This document shows positions 18,025 through 26,182 of a DNA stretch of 55,701 nt, one piece after another. The translations under genes were made by a program, and so were the position numbers. Each line of letters begins with the position of its first letter. Position 1 is the first letter of the stretch. Below the pieces are notes generated by a model. The model made no database searches, was not told where the DNA came from, and was given only the letters and a program-made list of their open reading frames with translations. This DNA is from a virus (taxonomy: Duplodnaviria > Caudoviricetes): positions 1 through 55,701 of IMG/VR virus record IMGVR_UViG_3300044675_003951, one strand, 5' to 3'.

Positions 18025-18564
18025 ATTCATGTGCAGGGCCACCAAGGCAGCGTAGCTGATAGCATGTGCCTTTTTAAAAGTGTAACCCCGTGAATCATCA
18101 CCATTCCATACTTCAGCAAACACCTGATCCCAGGGCCGACGCTGTAGATGTGCTTTGCCTGGTCTAATGATACTGATAAAAGCAGCCATTCTAGGTATTG
18201 AATCAGGTTTCATTATCTTTAACAAATCCACATAATTGCCCACGTGTACCAGTTGGCTGGCCCAGGCTGTGTCAGTACATAATCGTTGCCAATTGGGCTC
18301 TTGTGCCAGTAGTGCTTCGTAGTGTTCGGGGCTTTGAACCAAGTTGTAAACACTCATGTTCAGCAGGTCTATCTTGAAGTAACCTCGCTGTTCTGCTGAC
18401 TCGTAGTCTAATGCTGCATGCCCGTTGACTGCATCTCGTGGAATGTCTGTGACATATATGCCTGAGTTGTGTCTACGTCCAGTGCTTTGTTGTGCAGGCA
18501 CATGCTGTATCAGTTGCAACACAGCATCTCTGTTGGGCACGTCAATGTCAATGTCCGCGCTCAT
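17995..18564 (-). CDS. dnaE: Minimal DNA polymerase III alpha (family C) catalytic module
   Basis: ADIDID, RHNSGIY, YFKIDLL, IIRPG and YTFKKAHAISYA match DnaE motifs PDIDxD, HAAG, KxDxL, RPG and YxFNKSHAxAY in only 189 aa. Confidence 0.8.
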   Translation of the reverse strand: MSADIDIDVPNRDAVLQLIQHVPAQQSTGRRHNSGIYVTDIPRDAVNGHAALDYESAEQRGYFKIDLLNMSVYNLVQSPEHYEALLAQEPNWQRLCTDTAWASQLVHVGNYVDLLKIMKPDSIPRMAAFISIIRPGKAHLQRRPWDQVFAEVWNGDDSRGYTFKKAHAISYAALVALHMNLLNTPDQGN

Positions 18565-18908
18565 TTAGTGTCACACAATGCTACAGTAATTTTTAGTGCA
18601 TCTTCTGCACGGTCTCTAGTCAACAAGGCATCAGCCACTGTGGGATGAGTCTTCGCTAATTCTTCAAGACGCTTTTCTTCAGTCATTTTGCGGCGAACCC
18701 ATTGTAAGGATTCCAAGGTCACCCCATCAAGACTGACCTGGACCATGCCGCTGGACATTATTATCCAAGAGTTGCCGTCATAAACTTCAACATTGTTATT
18801 GTTGTATCGGACCATGCCAGCACTGGTTCGAGTCATGTCAATATAGGGCGTCGAGGAACCGCTGGCAATAACATTTATTCCTGCCCCATTCATAATAGTG
18901 TTAATCAT
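18561..18908 (-). CDS. Hypothetical protein
   Basis: GMVRYNNNNVEVYDGNSW fibre-like motif plus helical tail; coupled to neighbours. Confidence 0.55.
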   Translation of the reverse strand: MINTIMNGAGINVIASGSSTPYIDMTRTSAGMVRYNNNNVEVYDGNSWIIMSSGMVQVSLDGVTLESLQWVRRKMTEEKRLEELAKTHPTVADALLTRDRAEDALKITVALCDTK

Positions 18909-18909
18909 G

Positions 18910-19584
18910 TTACCATCCTGCCTTGGTTAAAATTTCTTGTGCATATGCTTGATCTTCGGAACGATCTCTAAAACGTTTTTGCCATACATCTGAATCAATG
19001 TAGCTCCAGATCATGGCCACCTGAGTGGGATCCAGGCCGCTCAAAAACTTTTGTCCTGATTCCGAGTTGTAAATCACCCATGGACTTATCCGTCCTGACG
19101 TTATTGCATGGCATGCTGCATTGGTATTACCATAACGCAAACAGTCATGTGCAGGATGGCCTGTGTTTTCTTGCCAGGTCATGCTGTATTCAATTGCTCG
19201 AGCCAGTGCATCATCCACTGCTTCTATTTGTAGATAGTACAGCAAGTATTCTGTATAGACTTTGTCACTGCACCAGTAGTCAATCTTTTTCTGTGCCTTT
19301 AATAGCCACAGCATGAACTGAGCTGGATTGATTGTGCGAGTGTCCACGCAGTAACGCCCAAATTTCACAAAGGCTCGATAGTAGGCTGATCCAGCAAAGT
19401 CTTCGTAGGTTTTGTTACGGGACGATCCTTGCATGGTTTCGTAGAATCGCAGATATGCTTGAAACCCAAGCCTGACTCCGGGATCGTCCTTTTGTAATGC
19501 ACGGCGTTTGGGCTCGCACACATGCACTTCAATAGAAGTTTCCTTTACAAAAGTTTTCTTGCAGTAAGCACATGCAAATGTCAT
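18910..19584 (-). CDS. Hypothetical protein with N-terminal C2H2-like zinc finger
   Basis: FACAYCKKTFVKETSIEVHVC (CxxC-x12-HxC); lies in the replication cluster. Confidence 0.6.
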   Translation of the reverse strand: MTFACAYCKKTFVKETSIEVHVCEPKRRALQKDDPGVRLGFQAYLRFYETMQGSSRNKTYEDFAGSAYYRAFVKFGRYCVDTRTINPAQFMLWLLKAQKKIDYWCSDKVYTEYLLYYLQIEAVDDALARAIEYSMTWQENTGHPAHDCLRYGNTNAACHAITSGRISPWVIYNSESGQKFLSGLDPTQVAMIWSYIDSDVWQKRFRDRSEDQAYAQEILTKAGW

Positions 19585-20300
19585 GCTAGTAGTTTACTAT
19601 CTTTAATGTACTGTGTCAAATGAGTATTGATCATCAAATGATGTCCAGCAAGTGGATGAGTCATGTCTGATGGCACATATTGACTTCCTTCGGAATAGAT
19701 TGTGGCAGCAACTTTATGCATGTGTTGCCACGCAATTGATCGCCAGGCAAACCCGTCTTTGATGCCCGTATTGTTTTTTAAAAGTTCAAAACGAGAATCT
19801 TCAAGGAATTCCTGATAAATGTTGTCTGCTTGTTGATACATCAGCACACGGTGGCCGCGAGCAATCAAACTGTCCTGCAAACTCAACATGCGGTACATTA
19901 GATCTTCCAATCGATCTGTAATGCTATGAAGTTCACTTTTGAGCTTGAGTTTTATCCATTGTTTGGTGTCCTGATCAGTCCAGTGTGGCACCCATTGATT
20001 TTGAAATTGTTGATTTTGAGGGTTGGTCCATACCCCTTCAAACTCACGAGTGGTATCTTGATACAAAATAGGCCATTCAAGCCTGCTAAGGAATGTCATA
20101 CCCAGTAAATAAAACGTGGGCACTGTGGTTTGATAACTGTGTTTGAGAGTGGTACGTATAATACGAGAGTTTGCACTACCGCCAATGGCTAGGCTGAAAC
20201 AATTGGCAATACCAAGTTGTTGTGCTAGATCAACATGGCCGCCACCTTGAGCGTACATGTCCATGTAACTGCAACCATTGACCACTAACTGTTGAATCAT
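19581..20300 (-). CDS. SGNH/GDSL-hydrolase-like protein
   Basis: VVNGCSY (block I), SLAIGGSAN (block II), DMTHP (DxxH). Confidence 0.65.
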   Translation of the reverse strand: MIQQLVVNGCSYMDMYAQGGGHVDLAQQLGIANCFSLAIGGSANSRIIRTTLKHSYQTTVPTFYLLGMTFLSRLEWPILYQDTTREFEGVWTNPQNQQFQNQWVPHWTDQDTKQWIKLKLKSELHSITDRLEDLMYRMLSLQDSLIARGHRVLMYQQADNIYQEFLEDSRFELLKNNTGIKDGFAWRSIAWQHMHKVAATIYSEGSQYVPSDMTHPLAGHHLMINTHLTQYIKDSKLLA

Positions 20301-20743
20301 TTCTTATCAAGGCCAGTACTCTTGTGATAAGCGTCAATTTCTTTTTGTGAGACTATCTGCATCATGACGTCGATCTCATCGTCTTTGTAGTGCGGAAACA
20401 TTGCGGCCAGTGCTTTGCGTTTGGTGCCGGCACCTGCTTCTTTCTTTTTGGGCGCAATCCAGTTATGACGTAGCGCACCCATGCCCGGGCTTGCAGCAGT
20501 TGCACACAACCATTGCAGTTTGGGGTGCTTGCTGAGTGTAAAGAAATGCTTGTTCACATAGTGATTGGCACTTTGTACATAATACTCTTGTAGTTCGCGG
20601 GAGCCTTCTACTGCACTGCTCCAGCGTATCATGAGAAATGTGCTAAACTTCTTGCGTTCTTCCGTATCTAAGCTGTCGTAGAAGTCTCTGTTCTTGAGAT
20701 CCAGTTGGCGCATTTCGTTGCCAATATGTAGTTTATCACTCAT
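20297..20743 (-). CDS. Probable clamp-loader small subunit (T4 gp62-like)
   Basis: Size and pattern FLMIRWSS...N...LQW...W.APKK...helical tail resemble gp62; replication context. Confidence 0.5.
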   Translation of the reverse strand: MSDKLHIGNEMRQLDLKNRDFYDSLDTEERKKFSTFLMIRWSSAVEGSRELQEYYVQSANHYVNKHFFTLSKHPKLQWLCATAASPGMGALRHNWIAPKKKEAGAGTKRKALAAMFPHYKDDEIDVMMQIVSQKEIDAYHKSTGLDKK

Positions 20744-20993
20744 TGGTTTTACTAAGTTGGTAAATCATTATAGCACGTTCTAATGCATCTTGTAAAGCAG
20801 GATTGGTCCGGGCAGCTTGTCTAATCTGACCCCACAGTTTTTCTTCCTGTATATGATCAACCAACGGTCTGCCATCAATGGTGCGGGCGTCGTAGCCGAC
20901 TACTTCACGGTCCAGGGCACCAGACTCTCTTCTGAACACAGTGTCGCCGACCCGTTCGTAAATGTAGGTTGCGCCTGGTTTAAGCTGGCCCAT
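20736..20993 (-). CDS. Hypothetical protein
   Basis: Start refined to ATG 20993 (MGQLKPGATYIYER). Confidence 0.6.
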   Translation of the reverse strand: MGQLKPGATYIYERVGDTVFRRESGALDREVVGYDARTIDGRPLVDHIQEEKLWGQIRQAARTNPALQDALERAIMIYQLSKTNE

Positions 20994-21123
20994 ATGTGTA
21001 ACCGTATTGTGCATGTGCCCAGTGCAAGAATCGTTCTAGTCCTTCTCGATCGTCAGGATAGCTTTCCGCATATATCCTGACCAGGCGAGCAAGTGTTTCA
21101 AATAACTGAGGTTCTGTGTACAT
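20980..21123 (-). CDS. Small 47-aa protein not in the ORF track
   Basis: MYTEPQLFETLARLVRIYAESYPDDREGLERFLHWAHAQYGYTYGPA; TAATG coupling to the upstream stop; fills the gap. Confidence 0.6.
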   Translation of the reverse strand: MYTEPQLFETLARLVRIYAESYPDDREGLERFLHWAHAQYGYTYGPA

Positions 21124-21623
21124 TACCAAGCCTTGTTGTAGTCCACGATTTCACAATTGCGGCTGACGTCTTTGACAAAGTACACACAGTCAGGTTCTGC
21201 ATCATCATTCAGAGGCACTGCCAGCATCTGCCCATTTTTTAATTTGGGTGCATACCAGTTTACTTCATGGTAAACATCCAGAATTTCAATGTCTGGAAAA
21301 CTGGGTCTGTAGCTAGTAAGCGGATTGAATTGAAACACCTTGAATCCGCGATCGTTGATACTGGTCAACGGCAATACCTCTAGATCACCAACATCGGGCT
21401 CGCCTATTAGAATTTGCCAGTCCATGGGCATTTTGATAGTGGCATTACCAATTCTCAACACTAGTGCAGGAGCGTTAAAACTCTCTAAAAAGATCAAAGG
21501 AATGAAATGATAATCAGGATCTTGGGGGTTTGAATTATCCAAGATAGCAAATCTCATATCATCTACTTCTTCAGGCAGATGATCAAGATCATAATAAGTG
21601 TTGTCTAGTGTTAGAATTCGCAT
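21123..21623 (-). CDS. Hypothetical beta-rich protein, possibly a degenerate Hint-like fold
   Basis: 166-aa ORF with its own sigma70 promoter; fold guess from strand pattern only. Confidence 0.55.
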   Translation of the reverse strand: MRILTLDNTYYDLDHLPEEVDDMRFAILDNSNPQDPDYHFIPLIFLESFNAPALVLRIGNATIKMPMDWQILIGEPDVGDLEVLPLTSINDRGFKVFQFNPLTSYRPSFPDIEILDVYHEVNWYAPKLKNGQMLAVPLNDDAEPDCVYFVKDVSRNCEIVDYNKAW

Positions 21624-21629
21624 GTGTTA

Positions 21630-21658
21630 ATAATATAGTGTTTGTGCCACAAAGTCAA
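21630..21658 (-). promoter_or_regulatory. sigma70-type promoter, probably leaderless
   Basis: TTGACT-17 nt-TATTAT-6 nt-ATG(21623). Confidence 0.7.
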
Positions 21659-21661
21659 CCA

Positions 21662-23131
21662 TTAGTTGATCTTCATCCAGTCTAGTTTCTCTGCTGAGAA
21701 CGGATAATTGGCTTCTTTGTAGAATTGTTTGCGTTTGGTAAGATGGCGTTTGGCAAACTTGCATGTGCTGGTTATGTCCCAGATCTGCACATGATCTTTG
21801 TCTTCGGCTTTGCGAATACCACGTCCAATTGACTGGATAACTCTAACAAATGATTTGCCTGGTTCAATCAGCACAAGATTAAAGATTCGCGGTATGTTAA
21901 TACCCACAGCAGCCACACCATAAGTGGCCACAATGATCTTGTCTGTGGCATCTGCTACTTCGTCATATTCTTCTTGCCTCTTTGTGCCCTTTGTTGCTCC
22001 GGACACAAACACAGCTTTTTCTCCCAGTCGTGCTACCAGTTGTCTACCACACTCTGTGCGGTCAACCAGCACTAAGGTATTGCCAGTTTCGTTTACTCGA
22101 CGCACCAGATCTGCTATGGTGTCTAATCTACCTGACTCTTCTAGCAGGTATTTTAGCTCGCTTTGATAGTTGCTGTATTCCACATGGTCTATCAGTTGCA
22201 CGATGTTCACATGGCACTGGGCCAGCACGCCACGATCCTGTAGTTCACTGGCACTGAGCTTGCTGATAACAGGGCCCAGGCTTACCAGCAGACTTTGGCT
22301 TTCAAACTTTTCTTTGGGCACAGTTCCTGTCAACCCCCATCGAATTGGCACTCTAGCCATGACACCTGTAAGCAAGGTTTTTAAGGCATCTGCTTTGGCC
22401 ATGTGTACTTCGTCCACAATCACACAAACCACGCCTTCGATAAAGTCCTGAATGTCCACTTCGGCTTCGCCTGACTTGGTTTTCTTCATCATGTTGTTTA
22501 GACTTTGCCATGTGCATATGGTGTGGGTTCGGTCGTAGTCTTTTTGATCACCGAAGTACACGCCCACATCCAGGCCTAGATTGACATAGTCTTTTTCTGT
22601 TTGTGTTACCAAGCTCTTGTTGGGTACAATAATGATACTGCGACCATATGCTTCCACGCTCTTGCTCAAGGCAGCAGTCATGAGTGTTTTGCCTGCGCCT
22701 GTGGCCACTTCTTGTATGCACTGCGGATTCTGCAGATAGTTGTTCACAATCTCTACTTGATAGTCACGCAACAAGATGGGTTGACCCACAGTAGGATGCC
22801 CCTGAGGCCAAGTTTTGTGTGCAAATGAATCTTCTGTTACCTGCACAAAATCAAACACAGTGGAATAATCACGTTGATCATCCAGTTCAATGTCATAATC
22901 ATATTGTTCTAGAATAGGAATTATTTCGGGCAAGAGATTGATGTAGCTGGACCCACCCAATTGAAAGTAAGCTACCTTGCCATCCCACCGACCCAGTCTC
23001 ACTGCGGGTTGATATCTTGCCCCAGGAATTTCATACTTGAATGTGTTAACCAGTTTCTTTCTACAGTCAAGATCCAGGCCTTCGATCTTGATATTGACTT
23101 CATCTCGTATGATTATTGTTGCTTGTTTCAT
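21662..23131 (-). CDS. uvsW: UvsW-like superfamily 2 helicase
   Basis: WDGK, LRDYQ, ATGAGKT, DEVH, GLTGT, GINIP, QSIGRGIR. Confidence 0.92.
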   Translation of the reverse strand: MKQATIIIRDEVNIKIEGLDLDCRKKLVNTFKYEIPGARYQPAVRLGRWDGKVAYFQLGGSSYINLLPEIIPILEQYDYDIELDDQRDYSTVFDFVQVTEDSFAHKTWPQGHPTVGQPILLRDYQVEIVNNYLQNPQCIQEVATGAGKTLMTAALSKSVEAYGRSIIIVPNKSLVTQTEKDYVNLGLDVGVYFGDQKDYDRTHTICTWQSLNNMMKKTKSGEAEVDIQDFIEGVVCVIVDEVHMAKADALKTLLTGVMARVPIRWGLTGTVPKEKFESQSLLVSLGPVISKLSASELQDRGVLAQCHVNIVQLIDHVEYSNYQSELKYLLEESGRLDTIADLVRRVNETGNTLVLVDRTECGRQLVARLGEKAVFVSGATKGTKRQEEYDEVADATDKIIVATYGVAAVGINIPRIFNLVLIEPGKSFVRVIQSIGRGIRKAEDKDHVQIWDITSTCKFAKRHLTKRKQFYKEANYPFSAEKLDWMKIN

Positions 23132-23988
23132 TGTATAGTAACTTGTTGCACATGTTGTCTTTGTGCAATCTTTTGTAGTAAATCTTTTTTGTCGGCACTG
23201 TACTCTAGATCAGCTACAGGAAAACGCAAAGGCTGCGCTTTTATATTATACACATTTTTTATGCCGTGTGCAAGAAAAAAGTCTTGATGCTGACGAATAT
23301 AATTGTCAACGTTGGCGTATTTCTTAAGCAAGCTACGATTGCCAAATTGAACATTAAAATCAGCACTGTAATGATCAAATGGTTTGAATGCTTCGTCGGC
23401 AATGTACTTATCATTGTCATGTGCTAGATCTTCTGCAGTTTTGCCAATTTCGCAGTAGTTCAAATACACTGTACCAAATGTGATTTCTGAGGTGCCGTAT
23501 TCTTGTTGCAATTCGGTGTTTAATCTTTCAGTTTTGGGCATGCCAAACCAAGTACATACCAATCGAGGATCGCTCTGGGCCAATGCTGTTTCACATCTGT
23601 GAACTGCTATGTTTAATTCTGCCAGTGCCTGCTGTACTGACAAAGGTGCGGTGTTCCAGTATTGGGTATTTTGTTGGTCCAGTAGTCCGTGATATTTTTC
23701 AAATATATTGTGAAGATAGTTCAAACAATCCTGTGTGTATTCAAATGGCCTTGTGATGATTGGCGAATGTGCATTGATTGTTGAGATGCATTGTTGGATT
23801 ATATCAACTGCTCGAGATTTTTCTTGCTCCGGGGTGTTGAATCCGTAAAATCTTTTGGGATGATCTAATGGATAATTTCCACGGGCCTGCATTCTGTTAA
23901 CCCACAACTTGGCCACGGGAGTGTTGCGAATTTGAAATTGAAGAGTCAGCGGGTCAGACTGCCCTAGCACAATAACAAGATGTTTCAT
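23128..23988 (-). CDS. Hypothetical protein
   Basis: Start refined to ATG 23988 (MKHLVIV), 6 nt after a -10 box; no family recognised. Confidence 0.6.
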   Translation of the reverse strand: MKHLVIVLGQSDPLTLQFQIRNTPVAKLWVNRMQARGNYPLDHPKRFYGFNTPEQEKSRAVDIIQQCISTINAHSPIITRPFEYTQDCLNYLHNIFEKYHGLLDQQNTQYWNTAPLSVQQALAELNIAVHRCETALAQSDPRLVCTWFGMPKTERLNTELQQEYGTSEITFGTVYLNYCEIGKTAEDLAHDNDKYIADEAFKPFDHYSADFNVQFGNRSLLKKYANVDNYIRQHQDFFLAHGIKNVYNIKAQPLRFPVADLEYSADKKDLLQKIAQRQHVQQVTIQ

Positions 23989-23994
23989 TGTGCT

Positions 23995-24023
23995 AGTGTA
24001 CACTTGTTGTTGCAAGAAGTCAA
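23995..24023 (-). promoter_or_regulatory. sigma70-type promoter, probably leaderless; -35 box overlaps the terminator U-tract
   Basis: TTGACT-17 nt-TACACT-6 nt-ATG. Confidence 0.7.
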
Positions 24024-24052
24024 AAAAACAGGTACCGTTTTAAGGGTACCTG
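24022..24052 (-). terminator. Rho-independent terminator of the early cassette region
   Basis: Minus strand CAGGTACC-8 nt loop-GGTACCTG-TTTTTTT. Confidence 0.88.
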
Positions 24053-24059
24053 CCAAAAG

Positions 24060-24087
24060 CCCGGGCCGGAGCCAACCAGCGCCCAGG
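24060..24087 (-). ncRNA. Candidate regulatory RNA hairpin with an anti-RBS loop
   Basis: Stem CCUGGGC/GCCCGGG; loop holds UGGUUGGCUCC, the exact complement of GGAGCCAACCA at the ATPase RBS (25230-25220). Confidence 0.45.
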
Positions 24088-24088
24088 A

Positions 24089-24196
24089 TTATTTGTTGAT
24101 TTCTTTTACAATAAAGCCTGCTTCGGCCTGTTCGTCTGCTTCGTACTGGGTGTCCACAGCATACAAGAACAAGTCACCATCCCAAATTTCAAACAT
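24089..24196 (-). CDS. Small acidic 35-aa protein not in the ORF track
   Basis: MFEIWDGDLFLYAVDTQYEADEQAEAGFIVKEINK; starts 1 nt after the ATPase stop and ends right before the hairpins. Confidence 0.55.
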   Translation of the reverse strand: MFEIWDGDLFLYAVDTQYEADEQAEAGFIVKEINK

Positions 24197-24197
24197 A

Positions 24198-25220
24198 TTA
24201 TGCTACTTTCATGCAAGTTGTTTCTGCCAGACGCTTCCAGTTCAGCATGCTCATCTTGCGCAGGTCTGCAATTTTGATAGCCATACGCAGACTCATTTCA
24301 CGCAGACGATTCTGGTTAGCATCCATGAACGCAATGATCTCGTCTTGCACTTCGGATTCAAAGTCGTAGTCTGCAAACAACACGCCGTCCTTGGCAATTT
24401 GCTTGATACGCAGAATCTTGTCATGCATGGTGTCCAGAGTCAGGTCCAAGTAGTGGCATCGGCTTTGCAATGCATCCAAGTGGTCCCGCAGTTTCTGGCT
24501 CTTCATCTTGTCAAACTTCAAATTGGTAATGAAGATGGCACTGCCTTTGAATTCAAAACTGTCCGGGATGCCTTCGCGGCGCAGGCTCGAGCTTTCTGAC
24601 AACCAGCTAATTTTACGCTTCTTGCCTGAGTCCAAGGCACCCTTCAGCAAGTTAAGGCTCACATCGTCCAGCAAGATGCTGTCGCAGTCATCAAACACAA
24701 CTACACAATTTTCGTCCGAATACTTGTACAAGGTCTGATACAGGCCAATAGGGGTAGCAGCACCTTTCACAACTTCTGCACGAAGTCGCTTGCCTGCTAG
24801 CTTGTCAAACATGGTGGCTTTTTCGATCTCTTGCTCCACGCCAAAGCTCTTGCCCACACCTGGAGGACCTGATACAATCATGGCACGAATGTCGCCTGTG
24901 ACTGCTGCCTTGGTCATTTCGTGCAGGATGTCAAAACGCTCACGAATGCGCTCAATGGCTTGTTCTTCTGTTTCTGCTGGCGCAGCCACTGCCTTGGCAG
25001 CGTTGGTGGTTGTGTCTGTCATGCCGTTAGTATACTCAATATCAGAAATGTTGTCAACACGGATACGGATCGTATCAGGGCAGTTAGGGAAATTGCCGTC
25101 GTTTTTCACAGTCACAAAGTTGCCTTTGGCACCTGTTTGAAACCCTGACACAAGACTAAACACTTGGTCAGCTACGGGACGTTTACGATACTCTCCGCGA
25201 ACGATACGAATTGCACTCAT
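24198..25220 (-). CDS. AAA+-type P-loop ATPase, early gene
   Basis: GPPGVGKS Walker A, VVVFDDCD Walker B, FITN sensor 1, ALQSR Arg finger; AAGGAG SD. Confidence 0.85.
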   Translation of the reverse strand: MSAIRIVRGEYRKRPVADQVFSLVSGFQTGAKGNFVTVKNDGNFPNCPDTIRIRVDNISDIEYTNGMTDTTTNAAKAVAAPAETEEQAIERIRERFDILHEMTKAAVTGDIRAMIVSGPPGVGKSFGVEQEIEKATMFDKLAGKRLRAEVVKGAATPIGLYQTLYKYSDENCVVVFDDCDSILLDDVSLNLLKGALDSGKKRKISWLSESSSLRREGIPDSFEFKGSAIFITNLKFDKMKSQKLRDHLDALQSRCHYLDLTLDTMHDKILRIKQIAKDGVLFADYDFESEVQDEIIAFMDANQNRLREMSLRMAIKIADLRKMSMLNWKRLAETTCMKVA

Positions 25221-25242
25221 GGTTGGCTCCTTTGGTGTGCGT

Positions 25243-25284
25243 TGTTTAAGTATTAATTATAACAGAATAGGAATTAATGGTCAA
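25243..25284 (-). promoter_or_regulatory. Early promoter cassette 1
   Basis: TTGACC(25284-25279)-17 nt-TATAAT(25261-25256), extended -10 TG, leader TAATACTTAAACAA. Confidence 0.9.
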
Positions 25285-25505
25285 GCAAACAATTCGCCGT
25301 ACATTTCTTCGTACACTGCATCAAAGTCCTCACGAATCCACTCAACGGCGTATCCGCGCTGGGCATAATCATCTGCCATGACCTGCAGGTAGCGCTGGGC
25401 CTGTAAGGCACTCATATTCTGATTGGCCATCAGGCTTAGGTTGCTACAATGTGCAAAATTGTTGCTGTCTCTGTGGGCACTAACTTGCACAAATTGCTTG
25501 ATCAT
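25281..25505 (-). CDS. Small early hypothetical protein
   Basis: Own promoter, AGGAG SD; TGA stop lies inside the next -35 box. Confidence 0.75.
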   Translation of the reverse strand: MIKQFVQVSAHRDSNNFAHCSNLSLMANQNMSALQAQRYLQVMADDYAQRGYAVEWIREDFDAVYEEMYGELFA

Positions 25506-25520
25506 TTGCTGGCTCCTGTT

Positions 25521-25565
25521 TGCTGTTTAAGTATTAATTATAGCAGAATGGACATTTGGGGTCAA
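25521..25565 (-). promoter_or_regulatory. Early promoter cassette 2
   Basis: TTGACC(25565-25560)-17 nt-TATAAT(25542-25537); upstream GTGTTG/CAACAC stem-loop with A-tract at 25574-25593. Confidence 0.9.
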
Positions 25566-25600
25566 CCGTTTGGGTGTTGTTTTTTTGCAACACTAAAGTA

Positions 25601-25822
25601 CTAGATTTTGGTCAGAACAGTCATTAATTGTGCATGGATTTGATCCATTTCGTCCTGTTCTACATAGAAGTCTGTAGTAGGATCGTAGTACTGGCCTTGT
25701 TTGTTGTCATAATACAACACTCGACCTGAGAAGTTGAACGGACCTTCTAGGCCCTTTCGTGGACCGTATTTGGTACGCATCTGATCCATTTCGAACTTGT
25801 CTGCCAGTACCTTGTAGCCCAT
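25601..25822 (-). CDS. Small early hypothetical protein
   Basis: Own promoter; LEGPF...YYDNKQGQYYDPTTDFYV aromatic repeat. Confidence 0.75.
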   Translation of the reverse strand: MGYKVLADKFEMDQMRTKYGPRKGLEGPFNFSGRVLYYDNKQGQYYDPTTDFYVEQDEMDQIHAQLMTVLTKI

Positions 25823-25836
25823 GTCGCGCCCCTTGT

Positions 25837-25881
25837 TGCTGTTTAAGTGTTAATTATAGCAGAATGGGAATTAATGGTCAA
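25837..25881 (-). promoter_or_regulatory. Early promoter cassette 3
   Basis: TTGACC(25881-25876)-17 nt-TATAAT(25858-25853). Confidence 0.9.
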
Positions 25882-26123
25882 TCCCAGCTTTTTTTCTCGC
25901 CGGTGTGTTCGTTGTAGTTGTAGCCTGCACCGTAGTCTGCAATCTCTTGGCGGGTTAGGTCTGTGTTGCGGAGGCCACTTGTGCCACCAACTCCACCCTT
26001 GTGTGGACCACGGATACGACCGTAGTAGCTGTCTGACATGCCGCGATCAAATGGATCACCGTGCTTGAATGTGTATGAACGTCCGTTGTGCTCTACGGTG
26101 TATTCTTGTGTCACATCAATCAT
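25878..26123 (-). CDS. Small early hypothetical protein
   Basis: Own promoter, AAGGAG SD; HGDPFDRGMSDSYYGR motif; TGA stop inside the next -35 box. Confidence 0.75.
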   Translation of the reverse strand: MIDVTQEYTVEHNGRSYTFKHGDPFDRGMSDSYYGRIRGPHKGGVGGTSGLRNTDLTRQEIADYGAGYNYNEHTGEKKSWD

Positions 26124-26136
26124 TTCTGCTCCTTTT

Positions 26137-26181
26137 TGCTGTCTATGCGTGTATTATAGCAGAATGGGAAATAATGGTCAA
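26137..26181 (-). promoter_or_regulatory. Early promoter cassette 4
   Basis: TTGACC(26181-26176)-17 nt-TATAAT(26158-26153). Confidence 0.9.
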
Positions 26182-26182
26182 C

